Shown piece by piece: positions 29,771 to 40,925 of a DNA stretch of 64,000 nucleotides. The translations under genes and the position numbers were made by a program. Positions within the stretch are counted from its first letter, which is position 1. Each line of letters begins with the position of its first letter. This DNA comes from a virus, in the IMG/VR virus record IMGVR_UViG_3300021067_000006, positions 1 to 64,000 of that record; one strand, written 5' to 3'. The notes below the pieces were generated by a model, which worked only from the letters and a program-made list of their open reading frames with translations, did not search any database and had not been told where the DNA came from.

Positions 29771-30955
29771 TCACGGCAGGCTCACCGTCTTCAGCTTGAG
29801 CAGCTGCGCGTGCTTCGTCACGCGCGCACGGAAGGCGTCGACGTGCTCCGCCTTGCACGTACAGCGACCCTCGGGCGAGCCGAGCCGACCGCACGGGCAC
29901 GGCAGCGTCGACGCGATGATGCGCGCCGGGCGCGCCGGCAGCCGCACCTCGACGCCGTCGGCACGCCGATACTTGACGTGCCCCTGCTCGAGCACGCGCG
30001 CCATTGCCTCGATCGACGACGTTCGCCAGTCGCCGAGCTCATCGAGCACGAGCACGCCGTGCGTCGCCATCGACACCTCACCGAACGACCAGATCGTCGG
30101 CGTCAGCTCGAACCCGATGAGCCCCCGCTCGCTCACCGAGCAGTGTGGCGCGCGCGCCGGCCGCACCGCGCCCGCCGGCGCCATCCCGATTCCAGCGGCC
30201 GAGCGGATGGCGAGCACCTCGAGCGCCTGCAACGGCCCGAGCGCGCCGAGCTCGTACAGCGCCGCGCGCGCCACCGAGCTCACGCGGTACTCGTTCGACA
30301 CGTAGCTCGGGCTGATGAGCAGCACGTCGCCCGTGCGCGGCACCTGCTCGGGCAGCACAGGCACCGGCATCGTCGACCACTGCCGCTCGTTGTCGAGCTC
30401 GGGTGTGAGGGTCGTGCGTGCGCCCAACGTGAGCCCGTGTCCCGGCCGCCCCGTGCGCGCGAACTCGAGCACGGGCCTGAGATGCCGCGCGCCGTAGACC
30501 GTGACGTTCTCGGCGAGGCTCGCCTCGGGCAAGTCCTCATCGCACACCACGACTGTGCGGCAGGCGCCCGTGTCGGCGATGGCCTTCACGCGGGCAAGGC
30601 AACCGCGTACCGGCCGGAGCTCGCCGCCGAGCCCGAGCGACGCGACGCAACCGATCTCGAGCATCGCGCTCGCATCGTCGAACGTGGCATCCGCCACTGC
30701 GAGCGCGAGGTCAAAGCCGTAATCGAGACCTTTCACGTCGAACGCGACCGGCGGCTTGCCGAGCACGGCGGTATCGCTCGCGACTAGCGCCGCGCTCACA
30801 CGAACCGTCGCCTCGCGCACGCGCATCGAATCGCCGCCGTAGTTGGGGAACGCGTACCGATTGAGCAGCAGAGCGTCATTCGCGGCAGCGCTCGCGGTGA
30901 TGGTGAGATGCTCGCCTTCGACGCCAACGAGCCGCGCGGTGTGAACGAGAGTCAT
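29771..30955 (-). CDS. ComM/YifB (Mg-chelatase-like) homolog, truncated, Walker A degenerate
   Basis: 'FDLALAVA','LGLGGELRPVRG','RAPHCSVS','GEVSMATHGVLVLDEL','PCPCG..CTC'. Confidence 0.8.
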   Translation of the reverse strand: MTLVHTARLVGVEGEHLTITASAAANDALLLNRYAFPNYGGDSMRVREATVRVSAALVASDTAVLGKPPVAFDVKGLDYGFDLALAVADATFDDASAMLEIGCVASLGLGGELRPVRGCLARVKAIADTGACRTVVVCDEDLPEASLAENVTVYGARHLRPVLEFARTGRPGHGLTLGARTTLTPELDNERQWSTMPVPVLPEQVPRTGDVLLISPSYVSNEYRVSSVARAALYELGALGPLQALEVLAIRSAAGIGMAPAGAVRPARAPHCSVSERGLIGFELTPTIWSFGEVSMATHGVLVLDELGDWRTSSIEAMARVLEQGHVKYRRADGVEVRLPARPARIIASTLPCPCGRLGSPEGRCTCKAEHVDAFRARVTKHAQLLKLKTVSLP

Positions 30956-31576
30956 GGTTCGGAGGATGCCGCACGCGCAGCGGCAGCTCATCGCCAACCT
31001 AAGTCGACCGCGATGTCGTTAGCTACAACCCAAGCAACGAAAACGCACAGCAGGCAATCGATTAGATCGATAACGTTCACGAGCCACCTCTCATCCGCGC
31101 CACCCGCAGAACGTCGCCACGACATCGGTCACGACCCACGCGACGCTGACGCAGACCATGACCTCAAACAACCCGCCCATCACGGCGCGCGCTTCCTCGC
31201 GAGCTGCCGCGCAATGTCGCCGGCCGGCGTCAGCTCAGCCGGCGCTGTCGCGCTGTAACGCAACAGCGCCCGGTCGATGAGCAGCCCGAGCGTGCGCGTG
31301 ACGTGCCGCGAATATCGCCGTAGCCCGAACGGCGAGCGGCCCTCGGCGATGCAGTCGAGCACTTCGCACTGAAACGCGGTCAGCGGCTTCTCGCTCACGA
31401 CTTCACCAGCACGAGCCCGATGATTCGCTCGCCGTCCATGAGCTCGGGTGTCCCGTGCGCGCTGTGTTCAGCGTAGAAAGCCCGCATCTCTTTCGCCGTG
31501 ACGAGCGGATCGTCGCTCGCACGCACCGCAAGTGTCGCGCCGCACGTCGAGCATCGCAGGCCTGTGAGTCTCACGC

Positions 31577-33400
31577 TCATGACTTTTCCACCACGGCCCG
31601 ACGGAGCAGCACACGCGACTCCTCAGGCCCTTTCCAGAAAGGCTGAATCCAGATCGTTTTGCGCAGGCTGCGCCGCGGCCCGTGCACCTGCTGTCGCCAG
31701 TGCCCGCGCACCAGGAACTGCACCTTCGGGCTTCCGCCGCCCGCGCCGCGCCGGCGCCCCGATAGGTGCTCGGTGAGCTCACTGCGCAGGTCGAGCTCGA
31801 GCGGCTTGCTCAAGACGAACCGCGCCTGCTCGAGCTCGGGCGGACCTGAGCGCCCCTTCGCCGAGCGGCTCGTTCCCTCGCTCGCGCCGCGCTCGCGCCG
31901 GAACTCGTCGGGCTCACTGAGCGCGAGGCAGCAGCCGCGCACGAGCGCGCGGATCGTCGGCAAGAGGCGACCGCCGTAAGCACCGACCGCATCGGTCACA
32001 TCGTCGATGTGCAGCACGGTGCCTTGCTCGAGCACGAGCGCGACCGGCTCGGCGCCGACGCACCACACGCGGCGTGTCGTGTTGCGCCCGAGCTCGGGGG
32101 TATCAAGCAGCCCGTCCGGCAGCGTGAGCGACCACGCCTTCCATGGCGCGCCGACCTCGACCGTATCGGGCACGTCCGTGAGCGCGAGCGCGGCAGCGAG
32201 CCGGTGCCCGACCTCGAGCCGCGCGAAGCTGCTGTCGAGCCACAGCTCGACGAAGTCGAGCATCGCAGTGACGGCCTTGGGTGCGAGCTCGATGTCGGGC
32301 TCGCCGTAGAAGAGCACCTTGCCAAGATGCCTGAGCTTCGCGAGCGCGGGTGAGCGGTTCGCCTCGCGCTCGAGCACACGCTGCAGGAGCTCGTGCCCGC
32401 CCTCGCCGAGCTCTTTCTCGAGGCGCCACAGCGGCCGGAACACGTACGCCGTCGCCATCGCCGTCGCCTCGACGTTGCTCGGCGTCTTCGCGTTCGGCGG
32501 GATCGGCGCGCGTGCCGCGGCCTGCCGCGCGTTGGCCATCGCCTCGGCGATGCGCGCGAGCATCGCCGGATGCTCGCGCTCGAGCTCACGAAGTTTGCCG
32601 ATCGACGGCCGGAGCTCGCCAAACTCGGCCTCGATGAGCACCTCATCGAGCAGCAGGTCGACGATGCGATCGAACGTGTTCGCGAGATCCATCGCGACGC
32701 GATCGAGAGGCGGCAGCTTCGCGCGCACGCGCCTGAGGATCTCTTTCCTCAGCGCGACTGTGTGGTCGACCGACGTGCGGCCACGCACGGGCCTGAGCTT
32801 CGGCATCTCCTCGAGCACCTCGAGCGTCGACTCGCGCACGGCTTCGACGATGTCGCGCTCGACGTCGGCAGCGAACGCGTCGGCGATCTGCTCGGGCTTG
32901 CCGGCGGAGCCTGGCTGCATCGTCGCCGCCATGGTGACCGCGGCACCGATGCGCACATCTTCGCTCTGCATCGCCGGCTGCTTGGCGATGAGCTCGTCGA
33001 TGGCGTCGCTGTGCAGCGCCGGCTGCTCGGCGACGATCGCCTCGAGGTCATCGGTGCGCAGCGTGAGCGCGGCGTGTCCGCTTCGCGTGAGCGCGACGTT
33101 GAGAGGGTCCGGCGCGCGCTCGGCCTGGTACCCGTCGCGCTGCAGCTTCCCCGCCATGTACGCCTGCGACATCGTGCGGCTGCCCGGGGGCGCATCCGCA
33201 TGCGCAAGCGCGCGATAGCGGCTCGTGGCCTTGGTGATGGTGCGAGGCGTGGCCGTGCTCAGCGTCGCCGCCGTCGCCGTCGAGTAGGGAATCGCTGCCG
33301 CTGCGGCGCCTCGCTCCGCGTTCGCCCGCTCTGCCTTCACCGCCTCGCCCGACCGCTCCGCTGCAGCGAGCCGGCGCCGCAGCCTCTTGCCCTTGCTCAT
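31577..33400 (-). CDS. large hypothetical protein with C-terminal VRGHWR motif
   Basis: 'VRGHWRQQVHGP..WIQPFWKG'; CATCAT-N7-ATG. Confidence 0.6.
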   Translation of the reverse strand: MSKGKRLRRRLAAAERSGEAVKAERANAERGAAAAAIPYSTATAATLSTATPRTITKATSRYRALAHADAPPGSRTMSQAYMAGKLQRDGYQAERAPDPLNVALTRSGHAALTLRTDDLEAIVAEQPALHSDAIDELIAKQPAMQSEDVRIGAAVTMAATMQPGSAGKPEQIADAFAADVERDIVEAVRESTLEVLEEMPKLRPVRGRTSVDHTVALRKEILRRVRAKLPPLDRVAMDLANTFDRIVDLLLDEVLIEAEFGELRPSIGKLRELEREHPAMLARIAEAMANARQAAARAPIPPNAKTPSNVEATAMATAYVFRPLWRLEKELGEGGHELLQRVLEREANRSPALAKLRHLGKVLFYGEPDIELAPKAVTAMLDFVELWLDSSFARLEVGHRLAAALALTDVPDTVEVGAPWKAWSLTLPDGLLDTPELGRNTTRRVWCVGAEPVALVLEQGTVLHIDDVTDAVGAYGGRLLPTIRALVRGCCLALSEPDEFRRERGASEGTSRSAKGRSGPPELEQARFVLSKPLELDLRSELTEHLSGRRRGAGGGSPKVQFLVRGHWRQQVHGPRRSLRKTIWIQPFWKGPEESRVLLRRAVVEKS

Positions 33401-33924
33401 GTCCCCGATGATGCGCGCCAACGGAGCGAGCGCACCTCGGGAAGCCGGATGTCTTCGGGCACGCGCCACAGGCCGAGCTGTCCCCTGCACGGCACTGGCT
33501 CGGGCAGCGGCGCGTAATCGAGCACCGAGTAACCGTGCTGCCCGGCGATGCGCCATCGGTCCTGCGGGCCACGCACGACGCCGTCGTACACGCCGAGGGG
33601 TATGCCGAACCGCAGCAGCCCGACGATCGAACCGTACGGCGGAGCGACGCGGCCCTTGATCAACGCGCCGCAGTCGTACTCGGGCACAAGCTCGGTAGGC
33701 ACGCCCGCGCGCGCCGCGAGCTCGCAGTACGCCTTGAACGCAGCGCGCGATGGGCGCTGCGAGACGTGCATCCAAACGACTCGATGCTCGAGCGGCAGCG
33801 CGCGCTTGCGGTTCTCCACAAGCTTCAGGTGCTCGGGCGGCAGCGCCGCCATGAACAGCGGCACAGGCCACTGAAACGACAGCGCCCTCGTCGCCGAGCG
33901 AAACCAATCCTTCGACAGGGTCAT
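33397..33924 (-). CDS. ASCH-domain protein
   Basis: 'ALSFQWP..KLVENR..VWMH..GSIVG..PVPCRGQLGLW'. Confidence 0.75.
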   Translation of the reverse strand: MTLSKDWFRSATRALSFQWPVPLFMAALPPEHLKLVENRKRALPLEHRVVWMHVSQRPSRAAFKAYCELAARAGVPTELVPEYDCGALIKGRVAPPYGSIVGLLRFGIPLGVYDGVVRGPQDRWRIAGQHGYSVLDYAPLPEPVPCRGQLGLWRVPEDIRLPEVRSLRWRASSGT

Positions 33925-34181
33925 CGGCGACACGATGCCGCCGGTTTGGAATCGCGCGGTTCCAAACCGCGGTGAAGCACGACGAACCAATCGCGCGGAC
34001 AAAGCGTCATGCCCGAGGGAAGCATCGCGAAGTGCGCGATGCGCGCGCCCTGCAGCTCAGCGAGCGGCCCGCGGTAGTCGGTGAAGCTCACGATCGTGTC
34101 GCGCCCCGGCGCCCACCACACGCGCAGCACGTCGCCGACGCGCAGGTCTTCGGACCATACGTGCTCACCGTCGTCGCTCAC
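33921..34181 (-). CDS. hypothetical protein
   Basis: coupled overlaps on both sides. Confidence 0.5.
   Translation of the reverse strand: MSDDGEHVWSEDLRVGDVLRVWWAPGRDTIVSFTDYRGPLAELQGARIAHFAMLPSGMTLCPRDWFVVLHRGLEPRDSKPAASCRR
33945..33966. repeat. 22-bp palindrome copy 4
   Basis: TTTGGAATCGCGCGGTTCCAAA with extended CGG/CCG arms. Confidence 0.85.
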
Positions 34182-34666
34182 CCGACCATCCCAGGCAGCA
34201 AGAGCCGCGGCGTCTTGCCGGTCCGGTAACTCTCTTCGAGAGAGTCGGCGACGAGCAAGTGCACCGGACGCCCGTCGGGCAGCAGGATGTCGGCGAGGAA
34301 TTCGCGCTCGACCGTCGTGATGCCGTCGGCGATGGCCTCGAGCTTCGCCGTCACGAGCAGGAGCAGGCGCCGCCACGACTGCCGCTCGAGCTGCGCGAGC
34401 CGCTCGCGGCGCCACTGCTCGCGCGACTTCCCGCGCCGGCGGTGTGGCACCTCGATGTCCTGCGGCACGCGCACCTCGAACCGGATCATCCGCTCCTGCA
34501 GCCGGCACTGCACCGCGGCAAGGCCGGTCTTGTCGTCGACGTAGGTCGCCCGCTCGCTCGCGCCGTGCTTCGCGAGCAGCGCGTCGAGCTGCGCCCGCGT
34601 GCGCTCGACCGGCACGCTCGTCGTTTCGGCAAACCGTCGCGGCTTCGGCGCCTTGGCTTTCGTCAT
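34178..34666 (-). CDS. conserved-looking phage protein
   Basis: 'FAETTSVPVERTRAQLDALLAKHGA..WRRLLLLVTAKLEAI..EFLAD'. Confidence 0.65.
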   Translation of the reverse strand: MTKAKAPKPRRFAETTSVPVERTRAQLDALLAKHGASERATYVDDKTGLAAVQCRLQERMIRFEVRVPQDIEVPHRRRGKSREQWRRERLAQLERQSWRRLLLLVTAKLEAIADGITTVEREFLADILLPDGRPVHLLVADSLEESYRTGKTPRLLLPGMVG

Positions 34667-37220
34667 CGACTCGATGATGCCGATGCGCCCTTGCACTCCA
34701 CGCAGAACGGCTGCCGGCTCATCTCGGCGAACCCAAGGTCAGCCGCCACGGTGCGCGGCGAGCGACGCGCGGCAATGAGCAGCCGCGGCCTCTCGAGCTC
34801 GACACCGCAGCACGTCGACGAATGCGATCCGTAGCTCGCCTTGACGCGGTGCCAGGCGCCGCCCTGCTCGGCGACCCACACGGTCAGCCTCACGAGCTCA
34901 GGCATCAGGCGTCGTCGCCTTCCCAGCGCAGCGCGAACCGCTCGTACACGCTCGGCCGGTTCAGCCCGAGCTCGACCCACGCGGTCCCGCGCGCCTCGCC
35001 CCACGTCGGCGCGAACACGTGACACGTCGACTCCGCCCGGTCGGTGCCGATGGGCGCCAGCCAGAACCGATACCAGCGCCGGCCCGCGATGTGCGGGAAG
35101 CGCGCGAGCGCGAGACGCAAGCTCGACGGCAGCGCCTGCAAATTGAACTCATCGGGCACGCATGTGTCCGGCCCTCGAGCCTCGTGCTCTTCGTCGGAGC
35201 GCGGCATCCTGACGTCGGTCGGCAACACCTCGAACATGGGCCTACCGCCGTGCTCGAAAGGCACGCGGTGAGCGCACACCCGCCGCGCATTGAAAGGGTC
35301 GGCGAGGTCGACGCTATCGGAGCGCTGCGCGACCACGCGCCGGACCTGCCCGGCGCAAAGCGAGTAGTCGATCGTGAGCTGCTTGATGACGACGCGCGCG
35401 CCGATGAGAGAGCGGCGGCGCGGTCCTACGAAGCGCTTCATTCGGCAGCCTCGCTCGCTCGGTGCCTGAGTTTTGGGTTCTGCCGCTCGGCGTCGCAGGC
35501 CTTGCAGCGGCTCTGCCTGCCCGTCCAGTGCCCGCGGTCGGCGAAGAACTGGTCGAGGGGCTTGATGGTGTCGCAGCGGTAGCAGAGCTTGAGCCCAGGC
35601 CCGGGCTCGGGGTTTCGTCGGCGGCTCATGGGGGGAGCTTCCCTTCCGCCTTGCAGTCGTCGCAGACGCCTTGGTAGTTGGCTCCGACCTTTACGTCGCA
35701 GCCCGGCGCCGCACAGGGCCAGCCGCCGTCGTTGGCGTCGAACACGTCCTCGGCGTTGCAGCGCGGGCAGCGCGGGAATGCTTCACCGGCAGGGATGACC
35801 TGCCGCCAAACGTTGTCGCAGCCGGAGCAGACGAGCCGGAAGGTCGGCGGTAGCGGGGGAGCTTCGGGCGGGGGCTGCGCGATGCGCGGCCCTCCGAAGT
35901 AGAGGTCGGCCGCGTCGCGTACTGCCCGCTTGAGCTCGCGCACGATACGCACCGCGTGCTCGGCGTTCGGCTTGGCGAAGTCGACGCCGATGAACGCATC
36001 AGGCTCGAACTTCTCGCACCCCTGATGCTCGAACGTGAGCAGGCCGGCGCGATGGCTCGCAGGGTTCGAGCACACGAGCCAGTCGGCACCGAGCTCACCC
36101 GCGAGCGGCAGCGCGAACCGGCAGCCGTGCGAGCAGTCGGGGATGGTGCGCTCGCGCGTGCCGTAGGGCGCGAAGTCCTCAGGCAGGTTCTTGACGAGCT
36201 CGAGCAGGGCTTGGCGCCGTTCGCTCATTCGCGTGCCCCTCGAGCTGAAGCCCGCGCAGCAGCACACGCAGCGCGAGCCGCAGCGCACGCGGCGCGCGCG
36301 TCGGCGTTGCCCTCGAGCGCACGCCGGCAAAGCTCAACCTGCTCAACGTCGCTCGCCTCGGCAGCTTCGGCCGACAGCGCCGCGATCTGCTCGTCGGTGA
36401 TGTCCTCGGCGTCGGCGCTCTCGGCGCCCAGCACCGTCGCGCAGAGCGCCTCGAGCTCGAGCCGGTACGTGCGCCAGCCCATCGGGCCAACCGGGCTCAC
36501 CGTCACGAGCACCGCGGCGCCCGCGACCGCCACCTCGACGCGGCGCCCGTCCTCGCAGGTCGCCTCACCGAGCACCTCGCGCAGCGCGAGCTCGCCCTCA
36601 CGCACCGTCGCCGGCACGTGCAGCACCACCTCGCGCGCGCTCACCGCCGCACCGGGCCGCAGCAGCGCGCGCCACCGGGGAGAGGACTCGACGGGTAGTG
36701 GTCGACGCAGTGCTCGGGCAGCTCCGCAGGATCGCTCGAGCAGCTGAAACCGTACGGCCGCTCGGGGTCGTTGAGCGCGCAGTAGTCGTCGAGCGCCTCA
36801 GTGCGCGCGCACTCGGGCGCGAACGGCTCGGGCTCGGCGTACTCGACGCCGTCGACGGCGCAAGCCTGCGACACGAGCACGAGGAACAGGGCAACAGCGG
36901 AACGGGTGTAGCGGAACATCAGAGATTCACTTTCAGCTCGTGGAAATTATGCGGACGGGCCTCGAGCCAAGTAGTCCCGTCCTCGCAGACGTAACGGACA
37001 AGGCGCCCGCCGTCGGAGTCGACAGGGCAGGGCACCACACAGTGCGTGACGAGCGAGCCGGAGGGCCCGCGCATCGGGTAATCGGTGAGAGGCATCCGCC
37101 TCGGGAATGACGGCCGGAAGGCCTCGACGCTGTAGAGCTCGCGCCAAGCGCGGATGCGCGCCGCGCGCGACTCGTCCATACGGGCACGAATCGCGGCGGC
37201 GCGAGCAGCGCGGTCGTCGC

Positions 37221-37385
37221 TCATTGCTGCTTGAGCCCGGAGAAAGCCGGCAGACCCGAGCGATCGACGAAGCCGACGCGCAGCGCGTTCGCCGCTTCTT
37301 CCATGATGTTCGCCGCGTCGAACTGGCCGTCGGCGCGGAGGTTACGGGCCGTCGTCTCGAGAAACGTGATGTGCTTCGTGGTCAT
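37221..37385 (-). CDS. 54-aa first gene of early cassette 1 (not in ORF track)
   Basis: AGGAG RBS; MTTKHITFLETTARNLRADG... Confidence 0.55.
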   Translation of the reverse strand: MTTKHITFLETTARNLRADGQFDAANIMEEAANALRVGFVDRSGLPAFSGLKQQ

Positions 37386-37393
37386 CTTTCGAA

Positions 37394-37487
37394 CTCCTAC
37401 CGGCTCAGCGCCGGGGTTACCGCCGCCGGCTCAGCGCCAGCGACAGAAGAGAGCATGGTCTATCTTGCGCTAGCGCGCAACCGAAAA
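37394..37487 (-). promoter_or_regulatory. early promoter cassette 1 with twin GCUGA hairpins
   Basis: TTGCGC(37475-80)-N17-CATGCT(37452-57); hairpins 37426-40 and 37400-14. Confidence 0.8.
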
Positions 37488-38085
37488 GCGAACACCGGTC
37501 ACGGGTCAACCTGAAACCCGCTCGGTTTGCTCCTGCAACGCGGCGCGTGCCTCGGCCCGCGAACCGTAGCGGCGAGCGCTGTCCGGCTCGGTGCCTCGGT
37601 ACACGAGCCAAACGGCACCCGTCGACTCGATAATCGCGAGCCGGTCCGATGGTTCGTGCTCCGAACCGTCCGACCAGTCCCAGGCGCCGCGCCGGTCGAG
37701 CAGGTCGGCCAGCGCGCGCGAGGGGTCTTCGTCTTCGTCGAACTGGTCGAGGATGGCGTCGACCGCGTTGCGATCTAGGGCGCGTGCCATCGTCACTCCG
37801 CCGCCTTTCGCCCGGCCGACACGAGCTCACGGCACGCGCGGCGGAAGTCGGCATCGCTGAGCCGGTGCAGCTCGGCGAGCAGAGCGCCGGTCATCCAGTA
37901 GTCGGGCGAGCCTCCCCACGAATCGAGCACGCCGTCCGCCTCGCGCGGCACGAGCGTTATCTCGCCGTCGATGCTGCGCTCACCGAGCCGCACCGTCACG
38001 TCGATGTCGACCGCGCCCTCGATGTCGATGCAGCTGCTCGGCGTCACCGCGCTCGCGTCGACCTCGATCACGAACTCGGCGTCCA

Positions 38086-38640
38086 TCACGCGCTCCGCTT
38101 CTGCGACGCAGCCGCGTTCGCCCGGTATGCATCGAGGAACTGCGAGACGAGCAGGTCGCCGAACACGACGCTCGGCAGCATCGTCATCGAGTAGTCGTCG
38201 CCGTGCTGACCGCAGCGACCGATCCACAGCACGCGCCCCTTGTAATCCGGGAACGCCTTCGACAGCTCGGCCGCGAGCTTCAAGCCCTCATCGCTCGCAG
38301 GCAGCGTCACGAAACGGCGCGTATCGATGCCGCGGCATTCGCTGTACCGGCCGCCGATCGCCTTCACCTTGCGCGCCCAGCCCTTGCGGGTGAAGTCGGG
38401 CGAGCCGTCGAGATGCAGCTCGACCTGCAGCGGACGCTCAGCGAGCTGCGCGCGCGTGCGCTCGAGCTCGCGACGCTTGCGCGCGTGCCGAAACACGTCG
38501 GCGCTGTGCTGCAACAGCATCGCGTCGATCCGCTCGATGAAGCTGCCGACATACAGGCCGGCGTTCGCACGCTGCTGCAGCATCGCGCGCAGGTGTTGGG
38601 CGTCACGGTGGTCGAACGAGATGTACGAGGTAGGCATCAA
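38086..38640 (-). CDS. hypothetical early protein
   Basis: first gene after cassette 2. Confidence 0.55.
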   Translation of the reverse strand: MMPTSYISFDHRDAQHLRAMLQQRANAGLYVGSFIERIDAMLLQHSADVFRHARKRRELERTRAQLAERPLQVELHLDGSPDFTRKGWARKVKAIGGRYSECRGIDTRRFVTLPASDEGLKLAAELSKAFPDYKGRVLWIGRCGQHGDDYSMTMLPSVVFGDLLVSQFLDAYRANAAASQKRSA

Positions 38641-38644
38641 GGGA

Positions 38645-38740
38645 ACCTTTCCGCCGGCTCAGCGCCAGGCAACGTCGACCGGCTCAGCACCAGCGACGAA
38701 AGAGAGCATGGTTCATCATGCGTCAGCACGCAACCGAAAA
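38645..38740 (-). promoter_or_regulatory. early promoter cassette 2 with twin GCUGA hairpins
   Basis: TTGCGT(38728-33)-N17-CATGCT(38705-10); hairpins 38679-93 and 38654-68. Confidence 0.8.
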
Positions 38741-39234
38741 GCGACAGCCCATTCGTCTGCAGCCTCTTTCGACTCGAACACGAGCAGGGTAGCCTTGAGC
38801 CGACCGGCCCGGGCGTCGATGAGCAGGCGCTCGAGCATCACGACCGGCTCGGCCGGCACAGACCCCGGCACGGTCGACGCGGGCAGCGCGGCGCTCGGCA
38901 CCGATATGCATCCGCGCGATTCCAAACTTGCCCGTGCACGCGCCTCGGCCGCCTCGAGGTGCGCGCGCAGCTCGGGCTCGACCGCCACGCGGTTCGCGAC
39001 GCGGCGCTCGGCCGATGCCACCGACGAATGGTCGCGCAGCATCTGCCGCCCCGTCTCCGATTGCGACAGCCCGAGCCTGCGGCAGAGATAGATCGCAAAC
39101 GCGCGCGCGTTGAACAGCGCCGGAGAACGCGCGAGCGGCGAGTTGTGCGGCACGATGACAGCGCTCGTGACACCGAGCGCGGCGAGCACCGCGTCGCGCA
39201 CCGCGCTCGGTTCGAGCCCTAGCTGAGCAGCCAT
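38716..39234 (-). CDS. DnaA C-terminal-like helix-turn-helix protein
   Basis: 'ARAFAIYLCRRLGLSQSETGRQMLRDHSSV' matches the DnaA domain IV pattern. Confidence 0.7.
   Translation of the reverse strand: MAAQLGLEPSAVRDAVLAALGVTSAVIVPHNSPLARSPALFNARAFAIYLCRRLGLSQSETGRQMLRDHSSVASAERRVANRVAVEPELRAHLEAAEARARASLESRGCISVPSAALPASTVPGSVPAEPVVMLERLLIDARAGRLKATLLVFESKEAADEWAVAFRLRADA
38905..38926. repeat. 22-bp palindrome copy 5
   Basis: TATGCATCCGCGCGATTCCAAA. Confidence 0.8.
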
Positions 39235-40832
39235 CGCGGCTCCCCCATGAACGGCCGCGGCATCGGCGCGAACACGAATAGCTCGAGCTCGGTAGAGACG
39301 AACACGTCTTCGCTCAGCAGCAGCAACGCACACGCGGCGCAGCAAGGCAGGTCGCCGAAGGCGAGCGCGACCGCCGGGTCGCCGCACTCGCCGTCGGTGT
39401 CGACGTCGACGATCATCTCGCAGGTGCGCATCACGGATCGAGCCTCACATCGACGGACCCCGGCACCACGCGCGCGCCGAACCGACCGACTAGCTCGCGC
39501 GCGACTTCGTCATAGATCCACGGCGCACCCGGCGACCAGCGCACCAGGCGCCGCGTGCCGCTCTGCCCGTGCAGCCGGAACGAGATGACGTGCCGATACC
39601 AGGGCACTCCCTCAACGATCTGGTACGGCCGGCGCGTGCGGCGAACGCGTGTCACGCGCACACCTCGTCGACGGTTCCAAGCGCGGGCTCGCAGCGCGAG
39701 CGCGCCGTGCGCGCGAACACGAAGCCCGCGGCGTCGACCTCGAGGCAGACCTCGCACGCGGGCGGCGGCCGGTCATTCACCTCGAACGCATCGGCGCGCT
39801 CGTGAACGAACGCGCCGCGCCCCGACCGCGCCGCGGCGTGCGCCTCGCCGATCGCGAGTCTCAGAGCCTCAAGCGCCATGCCCCTCATGATGCGTCCCTC
39901 ACGATCGCAGCTAGCAGCCGACGTTCGCTCTCGAGCGCGGCACTCGCCTCGGGCGGCGGCGGCAGCGTCGGCGCCTCGCGGTCGCGGTACGTGTCGAGCC
40001 GCGCGCGCAGCACCGACGACAGCCGCTGCAGCCGGTCGCGCCGCGTCTTCGCAGCAGCCATCTCGATCGAGCCGGGCAGCGCATGGATCACGCCCTGCAG
40101 CACGCCGACCCGTGCGCGTTGTACCTGAGCGTAAACGGCCGTCACGACCTCGCGGTCATCGAGCTCGAGCGCGAGCGCTGCCTCGTTCTCGAGCATGATG
40201 ACGTCTTCGAAGCGCCTCACGACAGACCCCCGAAAACGCGCGGGTTGCTCTCAACCTCGCGCCGCGCGTTGGCGACAGCTTCCTCGACGGTCGCACCGCT
40301 GCCGATGACCGTGTCCTCGAACCACACCGCGAACGGCTGCACCGTGTCGTCGTCCTCGACGTGCAGCTCGCAGCCGGGAAGGAACGACAGGTCGGGCGAG
40401 AGCGCCGGCCAATAGAAGAACGCCGTGCGGTCAGGGCCGACCGTGCACGCGAACGAGTACGCGGCGGGGAGGCTCTGTTGATAGGCGAGCAGCATCGCGC
40501 GCGCGACGTGCATCGGATCGGTGATGCGGATACACGGCGCCGCCGTGCGGTTGTCCATCACCTGCCACTGCGCCGCGAGCCCTGCCTGCTCGAGCAGCGC
40601 GAACAGCTGCTGCGCCGGACTCACAGCGCACCCCGGCCGGAGTAGCGGACGCCCTCGGTGAGGAGCCAGCACACGTACGAGTCGTACGTGAGCACGTCGT
40701 TGCGACGCAGCTCGGCGTCGACATACGCGGCGTACTGCGTGTTGATCGCGGGCGCGGCATCAGCCGGCGCCGGAACCGTGACGAAAGATTGGGTCGTCGT
40801 CGGCGCGGGAATCGTGGTGAACATCGGGCAAT

Positions 40833-40925
40833 CTCCTCCCCCGGCTCAGCGCCGGGCTCGTCGTCGGCTCAGCGCCGTCGACACAACTGAGCATGCAGCA
40901 TCATGCGCCGACGCGCAACTAAAAA
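40833..40925 (-). promoter_or_regulatory. early promoter cassette 3 with twin GCUGA hairpins
   Basis: TTGCGC(40913-18)-N17-CATGCT(40890-95); hairpins 40861-81 and 40841-55; GGAGGAG RBS. Confidence 0.8.
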
